A DNA stretch of 64,000 nucleotides from NCBI GenBank assembly GCA_965223475.1, contig OZ244998.1, forward strand, positions 2,054,553 through 2,118,552, written 5' to 3'. The position numbers and the translations under genes were made by a program. Origin of the DNA: Halioglobus sp. (GTDB lineage: Bacteria; Pseudomonadota; Gammaproteobacteria; Pseudomonadales; Halieaceae). Within the stretch, counting starts at the first letter, position 1, and every line of letters starts with the position of its first letter. Positions 51,686 through 62,400 of this stretch are shown here, in pieces. The notes under the pieces were generated by a model. It was not told the origin of the DNA and did no database searches. It worked only from the letters and a program-made list of their open reading frames with translations.

Positions 51686-52210
51686 ATGACGAAGACCGAA
51701 CAATGTGCCGCGAAGATTCAGCTTCTCGCCCTCGATGTCGATGGAGTACTAACCGATGGGCGCATCTACTACAGCAATAACGGCGATGAACTAAAGGCAT
51801 TCGATATAAAAGATGGCCTGGGAATTAAACTGCTGCAGCGTGCCGGTGTCCAAGTAGGCATTATCACCGGACGCAGTTCAGAAATTGTAAATCGCCGCGC
51901 TCGGGAATTGGGGATTGAGCGCGTCGTGCAAGGCAGAGAAGACAAATACGAGGCGCTGCAGGAACTCTGTACACAACTGCAGCTCACCCTAGAACACAGC
52001 GCTTACATGGGCGATGATCTCCCCGACCTGCGCGCGGTACAAGGTGCGGGCTTGGGGTTAACGGTAGCCGACGCCGCCGAGCCGGTTAAACAAGCCGCGC
52101 AGTGGATCAGCCGCTATAATGGCGGCGACGGGGCCGTCCGCGACGCCTGCGAGTTTCTACTGGCGGCGCGCGGGGCATTAGAAACCGCCTGGGCAGAATT
52201 CTCCGAGTGA
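51686..52210 (+). CDS. kdsC: KDO-8-phosphate phosphatase KdsC
   Basis: LDVDGVLTDG, KDGLGI, IITGR, GDDLPD, GGDGAVR. Confidence 0.96.
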   Translation: MTKTEQCAAKIQLLALDVDGVLTDGRIYYSNNGDELKAFDIKDGLGIKLLQRAGVQVGIITGRSSEIVNRRARELGIERVVQGREDKYEALQELCTQLQLTLEHSAYMGDDLPDLRAVQGAGLGLTVADAAEPVKQAAQWISRYNGGDGAVRDACEFLLAARGALETAWAEFSE

Positions 52211-52296
52211 TGCCCGGAGTCTACTACTCAATACTGTACTCGTTGCGCCGCGCTGGCACCGATAGTCAACATGCAAAGGAACTTTTTCAAGTACTC

Positions 52297-52971
52297 ATGG
52301 CTTTGTCTACTCCACTGACACGCGCAACTTGGCAACGATCGAAATGCCGCATACCAGCGGCGCTGGTGCTCGCAGCTACGGTGCTGACGTCAAGCATGAT
52401 TGTGCCGGTAAACGCGCTGCCAGAGGACAACCAACAACCAATCCACATCACCGCCGATAAGGCCCTGCGCGATGAAAAAAAGGGCCTGACAATTTACGTG
52501 GGCTCCGTGCGCATGCGCCAGGGCAGCATGGAACTGGAGGCAGATAAACTGACCATCTATCACAACACCGAAGACGCCGATAAGATCATCGCCCGCGGCA
52601 AGCCGGCAAAGATGCGCCAGCGGCCCGAAGTTGATAGCGAACTGGTGCACGCCGAAGCCATCAGCATCAGCTTTTTTCGCCGTGAGGACCGCGTTCACCT
52701 CAAAACAGACGCGCGCATTGAACAAGATGGTGCCCTCGTGACTGGCAACTCCATCGACTATTTTATCGGCAAACAATTGGTGCGAGCGCAATCGGGGAAA
52801 ACCAGTGACGGGAAACGCGTCTCGGTGGTGATCCCCCCAAATTTACAAGGGGCCGGGGCGGCACCGAACACACCGACAACCGATAACAATACTGACACCG
52901 TTGCAGACAAGGCAGCAGAGAAAGGTATAAGCAAGGACGACACGGCCAGTGGCGCAGCTTCAGGCGACTGA
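52297..52971 (+). CDS. lptA: LPS transport periplasmic protein LptA (start uncertain; frame open from 52207)
   Basis: Signal peptide ending [20 protein letters not shown]...[13 protein letters not shown]. Confidence 0.9.
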   Translation: MALSTPLTRATWQRSKCRIPAALVLAATVLTSSMIVPVNALPEDNQQPIHITADKALRDEKKGLTIYVGSVRMRQGSMELEADKLTIYHNTEDADKIIARGKPAKMRQRPEVDSELVHAEAISISFFRREDRVHLKTDARIEQDGALVTGNSIDYFIGKQLVRAQSGKTSDGKRVSVVIPPNLQGAGAAPNTPTTDNNTDTVADKAAEKGISKDDTASGAASGD

Positions 52972-53674
52972 CCTGGCCAAGGCCTATCGGGGCCGCACCA
53001 TTGTTCGTAACGTCTCCCTGCAAATTGACAGCGGCGAGATCGTCGGGCTGTTGGGCCCTAACGGAGCCGGCAAAACCACCTGCTTCTACATAATCATCGG
53101 CATTGTTCCCGCTGATAAAGGCCACATTGCCATCGACGGCAAGGATATTACCTCACTCACCATGCATCAGCGCGCCCGCTGTGGCATTGGCTATTTACCC
53201 CAAGAAGCCTCGATCTTCCGACGCCTCACTGTCGGCGACAACCTGCTGGCTATACTGGAAACGCGCTCTGACCTCACGCGGAGAAAGCGCCGCCAGCGCT
53301 GTGATGAGTTGTTGGAAGAATTTCATGTCCAGCACCTGCGCGACAATTTGGGCCAGTCGCTGTCCGGGGGTGAGCGGCGCCGAGTCGAAATTGCTCGGGC
53401 CCTGGCCACCGAACCGGCATTTATTTTACTGGATGAGCCCTTTGCAGGGGTCGACCCCATATCCGTTAGCGACATCAAGCAGATCATTCACCACCTGCGG
53501 GACCGCAACATCGGCGTTTTAATCACCGATCACAACGTGCGCGATACCCTGGATATCTGCGAGAAAGCCTACATCGTGGGCGAGGGGCGGATTATCGCCT
53601 CGGGCAGCACCGAGGAAGTGCTCAACAACCACCACGTGCGCCAGGTCTACCTGGGTGAACAATTTCGCATGTAG
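52949..53674 (+). CDS. lptB: LPS export ABC ATPase LptB
   Basis: [42 protein letters not shown]. Confidence 0.97.
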   Translation: MAQLQATDLAKAYRGRTIVRNVSLQIDSGEIVGLLGPNGAGKTTCFYIIIGIVPADKGHIAIDGKDITSLTMHQRARCGIGYLPQEASIFRRLTVGDNLLAILETRSDLTRRKRRQRCDELLEEFHVQHLRDNLGQSLSGGERRRVEIARALATEPAFILLDEPFAGVDPISVSDIKQIIHHLRDRNIGVLITDHNVRDTLDICEKAYIVGEGRIIASGSTEEVLNNHHVRQVYLGEQFRM

Positions 53675-53786
53675 CAGCGCTCTCTTACAGCGGCACCCAA
53701 ACCGGATACAGGGTGATTTCAATCACAGTTTTCCACCTCCAAAAAAACCCATTCTGCCGTCATTCGACGCACTCCACACTTTAGCA

Positions 53787-53802
53787 AGCAATTTTCGCGC
53801 CA
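53787..53802 (-). promoter_or_regulatory. Sigma-54 (-24/-12) site, antisense to rpoN
   Basis: Minus strand TGGCGCGAAAATTGCT versus consensus TGGCACG-N4-TTGCW: one mismatch. Confidence 0.65.
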
Positions 53803-53807
53803 AAGTG

Positions 53808-53837
53808 TTGCAAGACCACCAAAATCGCGACTAAACT
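53808..53837 (+). promoter_or_regulatory. Putative sigma-70 promoter of rpoN
   Basis: TTGCAA-N18-TAAACT about 80 bp upstream of rpoN ATG. Confidence 0.5.
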
Positions 53838-53914
53838 GAGGGTAAGCTCAACACGTTAACACCGTTTTTTCAGGGGCAGATTCGCGGACACTCCCGATTC
53901 TCCCAGGGTTTCGA

Positions 53915-55453
53915 ATGAAGCAGTCGCTGCAGTTAAAACTCGGTCAACAACTGACCATGACGCCACAGTTGCAGCAGGCCATCCGCCTGTTGCAGTTGTC
54001 GACGATGGATTTGCAGCAAGAAATTCAGGAGGCGTTGGAGAGTAACCCCCTGCTGGAAGTCTCGGACGAAGAGGGTGCACCGCTCAATGAGACCGCGACC
54101 GAGCCCTCTGCCGCTGCCACCGAGGCCGAACTGAATGGTAGCGACACCAACGCCGCTACAGCGGACTCCGATGGCCCCCTGCAGAGCTTGGAAAAAACCG
54201 CCGCGGATTCCGGTGAAGAGCAACCGTGGGACGAAGGCAGCGCCACGCTGCCCGACGATTTGCCCGTAGATACGCAATGGGATGACCTCCTACCCTCCTC
54301 CTCGGCGCCTTTAGGCCACCGCGACGACCTGCCGGACAACGATATCGACTCCCGTAACGCCACCGGCAATTCGCTACGCGAACAACTGTTGTGGCAGCTG
54401 AGTCTCACGAGGCTATCGGATACAGACCGGCTCATTGCTCTGGCTATTATCGACACCACCGACGATAACGGTCGCGTCCTGGCCAGCATCGAGGACATTC
54501 ACACTTCTCTGATGCATGAGTTGGACATCGATGTCGAGGAAGTGCTGGCGGTCCTGCATCGACTCCAACAATTTGAACCCGCTGGGGTATGCACTAGAAG
54601 CTTGCAGGAGTGCTTGCAGGTCCAGCTAGAGCAACTACCCAGCGATACGCCCTCGCTGGACGAGGCAAAAACGATTCTCAGTCGCTATCTCAATCAACTA
54701 GCGGCGAATGATCACAGTCAGATTCTGCGCCGCACGCGATTGACCGAGGACGAATTTCGCCAGGCGATGTCTCTCATCCAGAGCCTGGACCCCTTCCCCG
54801 GCGAGAACGCGGTGGAAAAGGACATCGATTACATCGTGCCCGACGTCTTCGTGAGCAAAAAAAATGGTACGTGGCGCGTAGAAATGAACCCCGATATCGC
54901 GCCGCGCTTGCGCATCAACAGCGACTACGCCAAACTGATCAAACGTGCAGACAACAGCGCCGACAACACTTTCTTGCGCGATAACCTACAGGAAGCCCGC
55001 TGGTTTTTGAAAAGTCTGCAAAGTCGCCATGAAACACTGATGAAGGTTGCCAGTAAAATCGTCGAGCATCAGCGCAATTTTCTCGAACATGGCGAAGAGG
55101 CTATGAAGCCCCTCATTTTGCATGACATCGCCGAAACATTAGAAATGCATGAATCCACAATTTCTCGGGCGACGACCAACAAATACATGCACACACCGCG
55201 CGGTATTTTCGAATTGAAGTATTTTTTCTCCAGCCACGTCGCGACCACTTCGGGCGGCGAGTGCTCGTCCACCGCGATTCGCGCGCTGATCAAGAAACTG
55301 GTCGCCGCTGAAAATCCGCGCAAACCACTCAGTGACAACAAGATCACCCAGATACTCGAAGAACAGGGCATCAAAGTCGCCAGACGCACCATCGCCAAAT
55401 ACCGCGACACCTTATTCATACCACCATCCAATGAACGCAAACGCCTTGTTTAG
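53915..55453 (+). CDS. rpoN: RNA polymerase sigma-54 factor
   Basis: [23 protein letters not shown], RpoN box ARRTIAKYR. Confidence 0.99.
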   Translation: MKQSLQLKLGQQLTMTPQLQQAIRLLQLSTMDLQQEIQEALESNPLLEVSDEEGAPLNETATEPSAAATEAELNGSDTNAATADSDGPLQSLEKTAADSGEEQPWDEGSATLPDDLPVDTQWDDLLPSSSAPLGHRDDLPDNDIDSRNATGNSLREQLLWQLSLTRLSDTDRLIALAIIDTTDDNGRVLASIEDIHTSLMHELDIDVEEVLAVLHRLQQFEPAGVCTRSLQECLQVQLEQLPSDTPSLDEAKTILSRYLNQLAANDHSQILRRTRLTEDEFRQAMSLIQSLDPFPGENAVEKDIDYIVPDVFVSKKNGTWRVEMNPDIAPRLRINSDYAKLIKRADNSADNTFLRDNLQEARWFLKSLQSRHETLMKVASKIVEHQRNFLEHGEEAMKPLILHDIAETLEMHESTISRATTNKYMHTPRGIFELKYFFSSHVATTSGGECSSTAIRALIKKLVAAENPRKPLSDNKITQILEEQGIKVARRTIAKYRDTLFIPPSNERKRLV

Positions 55454-55539
55454 CGCTCATCTTCACGACGCTCTTGCGCAATCTGTGCGCGGGGCTGTGC
55501 CGTCTAAAGTAACTCACATAGCAACAGAGGGAGCACTGT

Positions 55540-55827
55540 ATGCAACTCAACATCACTGGCCACCATTTAGATGTATCGGTTCCATTGAAGGAGTATGTAG
55601 AGAGCAAATTTGAACGTCTGCAACGCCACTACGATCAAATCAGCAATTCCCACGTTATTCTCACGGTCGAAAAAATGGTTCAAAAAGCGGAAGCCACGAT
55701 TCACATTTCAGGTGCCGATTTATTCGCCCACGCCGAATCCGAAGATATGTATGCCGCTATCGATGCCCTAGCTGACAAACTCGATCGCCAACTCATCAAG
55801 CACAAACAGAAACACCGAGGGCACTGA
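55540..55827 (+). CDS. hpf: Ribosome hibernation promoting factor
   Basis: ITGHHLDV, EDMYAAID.L.DKLDRQL.KHK. Confidence 0.95.
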   Translation: MQLNITGHHLDVSVPLKEYVESKFERLQRHYDQISNSHVILTVEKMVQKAEATIHISGADLFAHAESEDMYAAIDALADKLDRQLIKHKQKHRGH

Positions 55828-55837
55828 TTCCGCCATT

Positions 55838-56302
55838 ATGATCGCCATTCAAGACATCCTCACTCTTGAACGTACCGTCTGTCATGCCCGTGGCGGCAGC
55901 AAAAAGCGACTCTTTGAAACCATCGCTGGTATCGCCAGTGACGATCAACCCGCGCTGCTCTACGACGATGTCTTAGACCACCTCATTGCGCGCGAGAAGC
56001 TCGGTAGTACTGGGTTGGGTCAAGGCATTGCCATTCCCCACTGCCGCGTGGAACAAGTGACGCAACCCCTGGGTATTCTGCTGAGCCTGGATGAGCCAAT
56101 AGCCTACGATGCCCCAGACGAACTGCCCGTTGACCTTTTCTTCGTGCTACTGGTTCCACTGGAGGGAGAGCAAGTGCATTTAGACATCCTGGCGGAACTG
56201 GCACGACTGTTTAGCCAAGCAGAGTTCTGCACTGGGTTACGCAATGCCCAAGATGCCGCCGGGCTCTTTGAGTTTGCCATCGCGGCATCCGGCGGAGACT
56301 GA
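55838..56302 (+). CDS. ptsN: PTS EIIA-Ntr
   Basis: REKLGSTGLGQGIAIPHCR, PVDLFF.LLVP, HL.ILAELA. Confidence 0.94.
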   Translation: MIAIQDILTLERTVCHARGGSKKRLFETIAGIASDDQPALLYDDVLDHLIAREKLGSTGLGQGIAIPHCRVEQVTQPLGILLSLDEPIAYDAPDELPVDLFFVLLVPLEGEQVHLDILAELARLFSQAEFCTGLRNAQDAAGLFEFAIAASGGD

Positions 56303-56304
56303 AC

Positions 56305-57165
56305 ATGCGGCTAATTATCATTAGCGGTCGCTCCGGCTCGGGCAAAAGTACAGCCCTGCATCAGTTGGAAGACGAAGGCTACTACTGCATCGATAACCTT
56401 CCCGTGTCACTCCTCCCCGCACTTGTGGCCAAGACCAGCCGCGAAGAGTTTCACTTGTTTCAAGGCACCGGTGTGTGCATCGACGCGCGCAACGCCTGGA
56501 AAGATTTGGAGAATTTCCGCGACATCTTGCAATCACTGCCCGACACGGTGAAAACCCAAGTTCTTTATTTAGATGCGCAAGAGGACACGCTGCTACAGCG
56601 CTTCGGGGAAACTCGGCGCCGGCACCCACTCACATCAAAGGATATACCGCTGGCAGAGGCGATCGGCCGGGAACGAGAATTACTCGAACCAATAGCCAGC
56701 AGCGCAACGCTAATGCTAGATACCAGCCAGATGACACTTTACGAGTTGCGCGACGCGGTCAAGACCCGCCTATTGGGCACCACAGATGCCAGTATGTCTA
56801 TGCTCTTACAGTCTTTTGGTTTCAAGCGCGGGGTACCCACCGATGCTGATCTCGTCTTCGACGTGCGCATGCTACCCAACCCCCATTGGGTAAAGGAATT
56901 GCGCGTCAAAACTGGGTTGGACGACGAAGTGCAGGCATTTTTGCAAGATCAACCCATGACCACAGACTTGTTCGACGATATCTGCCACTTTCTCGATCGA
57001 TGGCTGCCACACTACCGCGAGGGCAACCGCAGCTACTTCACGGTCGCCGTCGGTTGTACCGGTGGTCAACATCGGTCAGTATACCTGGCCGAACGCCTGT
57101 TCCAGCGCTACCGCGATACCATGCCCGGTGTCGGGGTGGACGTGAGACACAGAGAACTGCAGTGA
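56305..57165 (+). CDS. rapZ: RNase adapter RapZ
   Basis: SGRSGSGKS, YYCIDNLP, SFGFKRG, DVRMLPNPHW, GCTGGQHRSV. Confidence 0.96.
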   Translation: MRLIIISGRSGSGKSTALHQLEDEGYYCIDNLPVSLLPALVAKTSREEFHLFQGTGVCIDARNAWKDLENFRDILQSLPDTVKTQVLYLDAQEDTLLQRFGETRRRHPLTSKDIPLAEAIGRERELLEPIASSATLMLDTSQMTLYELRDAVKTRLLGTTDASMSMLLQSFGFKRGVPTDADLVFDVRMLPNPHWVKELRVKTGLDDEVQAFLQDQPMTTDLFDDICHFLDRWLPHYREGNRSYFTVAVGCTGGQHRSVYLAERLFQRYRDTMPGVGVDVRHRELQ

Positions 57166-57169
57166 TCCG

Positions 57170-57448
57170 GTGCCGCGAGTGATAGCCACACAACTCCCGA
57201 TCATCAATAAACTCGGCCTGCATGCTCGCGCTGCAGCGAAGTTTGTCGCCTGCACCTCCGCTTTTTCCAGTACGATCAAAGTGGGAATAGACAGCGACCT
57301 GGTTGATGGCAAGAGCATCATGTCGGTCATGATGTTGGCCGCGGCGCAAGGCAGCGTCCTCAATTTGGAGATTGATGGCGAAGATGAAGAGGAAGCACTG
57401 ACGGCCTTACAGGATTTGCTCACCCGCCGTTTTGATGAACCGGAGTAA
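57170..57448 (+). CDS. ptsO: Phosphocarrier NPr/HPr (start 57170 or 57179)
   Basis: NKLGLHARAA, DGKSIMSVMML, GEDE..A, RFDE. Confidence 0.94.
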   Translation: MPRVIATQLPIINKLGLHARAAAKFVACTSAFSSTIKVGIDSDLVDGKSIMSVMMLAAAQGSVLNLEIDGEDEEEALTALQDLLTRRFDEPE

Positions 57449-57609
57449 GGCCTAACCTCAGCCCTAGCCCCACCAGTAATTTCCAACGTCAGTGGACCCC
57501 ACACTTAGTTTTACGTCGATCTGTAACTAATCCCGTTGTTGCCGCGATACCTTTTGCGGATAATCTCTCGGTTAAATCGAGGGCCCAGACAAGAGGTAGG
57601 GAGAGGATA

Positions 57610-58962
57610 ATGGTGCAGAGCGAGGTAACTTCCCTTCAGACCCTCGATAAGCTGTCCCTCGCTCTGGAAAGCGGCACCTTTGTCGACGTCCGCCGCATGC
57701 TCAACGGCCTCTCCGCCGCCGACGTCGGTCACCTACTCGAGTCCTCCCCACCGAAAATACGTCACGCGCTGTGGAAACTGATCGACATTGAGCGCGAAGG
57801 TGAGGTACTGGGCGAACTCGGCGACGATCTGCGCGCACAGTTTCTGGAAGAGATGGACGCCACCGAGGTTGCCGCACTCACCGAAAGTCTAGAAGACGAC
57901 GATATCGCCGACATCCTGCAGCAACTCCCGGTGCGGATAACCCAGGAAGTTCTGCACGCGATGGACCAGCAGGATAGAGCGCGACTCGAGCGCGTCATGC
58001 ACTACGCCGACGACATTGCCGGCGGCCTCATGAATACGGACACCATCACCATCCGTGCGCGCCTCACCCTAGATGTCGTGCTGCGCTACCTGCGCCGTAT
58101 GGAAGATATTCCGCGCATGACGGACAACCTCATCGTGGTCAATCGCTCAGATAAATACATCGGTTTGCTACCACTGCGCACGCTACTCGTCGCCGACCCT
58201 TCTGTCTCTGTACGCGAAATGATGGTCACCGATGTCGAACCCATCCCGGTAGATACACCCGATACGGAAGTTGCACGACTGTTCGAACGCAACGACTGGG
58301 TATCGGCGCCCGTAGTGGATAGCGCGGGCACCCTGTTGGGCCGCATCACCATCGATGATGTGGTGGACGTGATCCGAGAAGATGCCGACCACTCTTTCAT
58401 GTCGATGGCCGGTTTGGACGAAGAGGAAGACACCTTCGCACCGATTTCGCGTGCAGCACCGCGGCGTGCGATCTGGTTGGGTATCAACCTACTTACGGCG
58501 TTCATTGCTGCCTCGGTGATCAATGTCTTCCACGACACCATCGAGAAAGTTGTCGCACTGGCTGTGCTCATGCCGATCGTCGCCTCCATGGGCGGCATCG
58601 CCGGCACGCAAACGCTCACGGTACTGGTGCGCGGCATCGCCATGGGCCAGGTGGGTAAAAACAATCAGAGCTGGCTGATTAACCGCGAGCTGCTCATCGG
58701 CCTGGCCAACGGACTGCTCTGGGCTACCGTCGTTGCCATCGCCGCCTCCCTCTGGTTTGAGGATTGGCAGATCGGCGTCATCATTGCGGTAGCGCTGATT
58801 ATTAATCTGGTGACCGCCGCCGGCGTCGGCGCCGTGTTACCACTTCTACTAGACCGTTTAAAAATAGACCCGGCACTGGCCGGCGGTGTGGTGCTCACCA
58901 CGGTTACCGACGTCGTCGGCTTTGTTTCTTTCCTCGGTCTGGCGACGTTGTTCTATGCCTGA
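57610..58962 (+). CDS. mgtE: Magnesium transporter MgtE
   Basis: AGGLM, CBS pair, GRITIDDV, MGGIAGTQ, DPALAGG, TTVTDVVG. Confidence 0.96.
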   Translation: MVQSEVTSLQTLDKLSLALESGTFVDVRRMLNGLSAADVGHLLESSPPKIRHALWKLIDIEREGEVLGELGDDLRAQFLEEMDATEVAALTESLEDDDIADILQQLPVRITQEVLHAMDQQDRARLERVMHYADDIAGGLMNTDTITIRARLTLDVVLRYLRRMEDIPRMTDNLIVVNRSDKYIGLLPLRTLLVADPSVSVREMMVTDVEPIPVDTPDTEVARLFERNDWVSAPVVDSAGTLLGRITIDDVVDVIREDADHSFMSMAGLDEEEDTFAPISRAAPRRAIWLGINLLTAFIAASVINVFHDTIEKVVALAVLMPIVASMGGIAGTQTLTVLVRGIAMGQVGKNNQSWLINRELLIGLANGLLWATVVAIAASLWFEDWQIGVIIAVALIINLVTAAGVGAVLPLLLDRLKIDPALAGGVVLTTVTDVVGFVSFLGLATLFYA

Positions 58963-59470
58963 CGCACCGAACAACGACAATTCCATAGAAGAAGCCCCCA
59001 GCAAAAGTGCCCGCAAGCGGCATATGCACGCGCTGCAAGCCCTGGGCGAATCACTGCTAGAACTACACCCTAAACAACTCGCCGATATTCCCATCCAAGA
59101 CGAGGAGCTACTGATTGCCTTGCAGGAGTGCCGCAACATCCGCAGTCACTCCGCCCGCAAGCGCCATCTGCAATTGATCGGCAAACTCATGCGACGTGTG
59201 GACCCGGAGCCCATCGAAAGCGCACTCGCGCAACTGCATCAACGACAGGTGCAAGACACGCAGAACTTTCATGTGCTTGAGGCAATGCGCGATGAGTTGT
59301 TGTCGCAGGGCACTGACGGTATCGAGAAAATCGTGGAGCGCTGGCCCTTTGCCGATCGCCAACACCTACGGCAACTTGTGTTGCAACACAAACGTGAAAT
59401 GGCACGCAGCAAACCCCCCGCTGCCAGTCGAAAACTCTTTCGCTACCTGCGAGAGTTGCACGACATTTAA
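58955..59470 (+). CDS. yjgA: Ribosome biogenesis factor YjgA/DarP
   Basis: SKSARKR..HALQ.LGE, RKRHLQLIGKLMR, DRQHLRQL, SRKLFRYL; overlaps mgtE stop by 8 bp. Confidence 0.92.
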   Translation: MPDAPNNDNSIEEAPSKSARKRHMHALQALGESLLELHPKQLADIPIQDEELLIALQECRNIRSHSARKRHLQLIGKLMRRVDPEPIESALAQLHQRQVQDTQNFHVLEAMRDELLSQGTDGIEKIVERWPFADRQHLRQLVLQHKREMARSKPPAASRKLFRYLRELHDI

Positions 59471-59487
59471 CTCGATGGGGCCAGTGC

Positions 59488-62400
59488 TTAACCACCAGAC
59501 TCCGTTTTCAATTCAGCACCGATAGATTCCGGCCTAGGTTCGAAAACTTTAGGTTCGGAAACTTTAGGTTCGGAAACTTTAGGTTCGGAAACTTTAGGTT
59601 CGGAAACTTTAGGTTCGGCAGCCTGAGTATCGATAACAGCGGGTGGTACAGCGGCATCTTCCTCACTATCGTCAGCAGAAGACTGAGCTGTCTTCGCACC
59701 TTCAGTCATGCCCTTCGACTGAGCTAGTTTGCTGACACCCTGGGATTTATCGTCGAATATGCGCTTGAAACCAACCTCGGGATTATCCCAAGTACCCTCG
59801 ATACCATAGACAGCACTGGAGAGCTTATTCACCTGTTTATCAAAAATTTTACTCGCGACGAAAACGCCAGCCGCCACCGGCGGGCTCACCGCTAGGGCCG
59901 CTATCCAAGGCAAGTTGCTGGCGACGGGCAACGTAGCGACCAGCTCAGCGGCTACGCGTTTCGTTGCGACATCCGACACGCCGGTAAATTGAAAGCGTGA
60001 ACCGCCGGCAAAATCCAAGCGCGAGACTTCCACCGTTCCGTCGTGCAAATAAACTTCACCGTCGACACTATCAAAGGGAATTCCAGACTCAAACATATGC
60101 GTCAGACTCAAGCGGCGGACAATATCGACTAAGTTGAGAATACTCACCACGCGCAGCGCGCCTGAGGCGGCGGCTGGTGCTTCAAGAAAGCTGCCCGCGC
60201 CAATGGCGACCTCAATAGAGCCCTGCCCGGTTGCCATGGAAAAATCTGTAGGACTCCCCGGCCAGCGCAGCTTCATATCAAATCGGCCCTGTTTCGTTTG
60301 CAGTATGCGCTGATAGCCGAGATGCCCAAGCGTTTTACCCAAATCTTCAAATTCCACAGTGCCGCTAAAATCTGTGGCGGATGTCGGGCCGCGCACCCAG
60401 CTCAGGCGTGCGGGCTCGTCTTCACCAAATTGCAAATCGATCAGGGTGCCGACAATGTTCTCCGCCGTAATGCGTTGTGCGCCGGTGACTAATTCAAACG
60501 ACAGATTGCCCAAACGTTCCTCGCCACGCGTGAGGTTGGCAATATCAACCGCAAGCGTGGGCAATTCCAAGTCGAGTGAGTCGCCGGCAGTCCTATTGGT
60601 GCTATCCCCGGCGGATTCGATAACCGGCGCCGCAAACGCGCGACTGAGGCCGTCGATATCCAATTGCTCTACATGCAGGCCAACGACATCTGAGTTGTCG
60701 CCCATTGTCACCGTGCCGCGCAGGAAAGGTGCCTGCACGCGCACCTCGCATTGTCCCTTAGCTATCGCCATCCCCAGCACGACTTCCCCCAGGTCGCGCT
60801 CTCCGTAGAGCAGCGAACCAATTCGAAATTGCTCCATCGTGATGTTCAATGTGCTGGGAACAGCGGCTGAACTTGCTGTGGAGTTGGAGGCGGCGCTTTC
60901 CGCACTGGAAGCGCCAACCCACTCCTTGGTCTGCGCAGTGTCTTCCTGACCCATGACGCTTTGCACAACACTCAGCCACTCATCTGAGTGCACGATGGGT
61001 GTACTACCTTCGATGCGCACCTTGCCCAACTCCACCGTGGCAGGCATCGCATTGACACCCAGCGAAGCGCCCTGCAAATTGCCATCGCCGAGCGCCAGCG
61101 CCAACTCCAGATCAGACCCGAGGCTGGCGCGCAGAGGCCCGGCATCCTTTCCGAAAGGCATAGCGATGCGCAGGTTTCTCTTCTCACCGGGCGCCTTGTG
61201 CCAGGGCGAGGGGAGTTCCAGTTGCACGCCCTCTAACTGGGAACTTATGAGCAACTGCGGCGGACCACCCGGCGGCAACTGCACACTAAGCGATGCCGCC
61301 GTGCGGCCTGTGGCGTATTGAGAGCCATCTACAGGCAGCCACGCCCAGAGGTCTTGTAGCGCTACGCGGGTTCGCGCATTAATGGCTATCTGAGTTTGCT
61401 TGGGCACGTATTCACCGCGGCCCGCGTGCGTTTGTTCGATGGCAACGTCTACTGCTTCACCCCACAACTGCGCGCGCAAGGATTCGCTACTAAAGCCAGT
61501 ACGGCTGCTAAAACTGAAAGTTCCTTCAGCGGAGTCTAGAGTAATGTTGCCCGGCACTATGTGTAGATCAACATCCTGCAACTGAGCCGTCACCGCGACA
61601 TCGGGTTTCACGCGCTTATCTTTTAAATTAATCAGCAGATCTAGCTCAGCTTGAAGCGACCCCTCTGCCCGCCACTGGTTAAAAGTGCTATCCACAACTT
61701 CATTGAGTGCTGATTCATTTAAGACACGCAGGCCATCGGCGGCGGTACCGGCTATATCGCCGTGCACGGCCAACAGCAAATCCTGTTTCGCATCAACCCA
61801 GGTTTGCACGGACACATTGCGCACACGGGAGTCGTACAAACGCGCTCGATCGGCCCACACCGTCACAGCGGTGTCATCGATGTGCACCACGCCCTCATCG
61901 AGAGTGACCGCCGGCCAGCGTGGGTGGTAGTCCAAGTAAGTGTCCGCGACATTGAACGCGAGCTGCACCGTCCGATGCTCAGCCGCACCTTTTTGCAAAC
62001 TCCCACGCCAAAGAAAAGCACCTTGATCGATGACACCCTCACCAATGCTGCGATGCAACCAGTCGAGCAAGTTCGCATCAAGGATATAGGGTAGATATTT
62101 GTCCTTGACTGAGGTGGCAGTATCTTCCAGGCCAACGAGTAACTCCATCGACACCCCTTGTTCCGTCGGCCGCTTTGGAATATCCAGTGCGAACAACGCT
62201 TTCGCTTCGCCCTCTGGCGCACGGGCCGTCAACAGACCACTGTGAAGGGCCACGGTGTCGCCCCCCCAAGCCACATCGAGGCGGCCAAAAACTTCCGCGT
62301 ATTGCAGGGGCTTTTCAAAAACCGTAGGGAAACTCAAAGCGACGTCATCACTATCGAGTGCCACATACCCACCGCCCTCGGAAAACCGCGCATAACCATC

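Noticed and set aside
55454-55539. Sigma-54 promoter for hpf
   Set aside because: TTGC is present but there is no GG at the -24 position.
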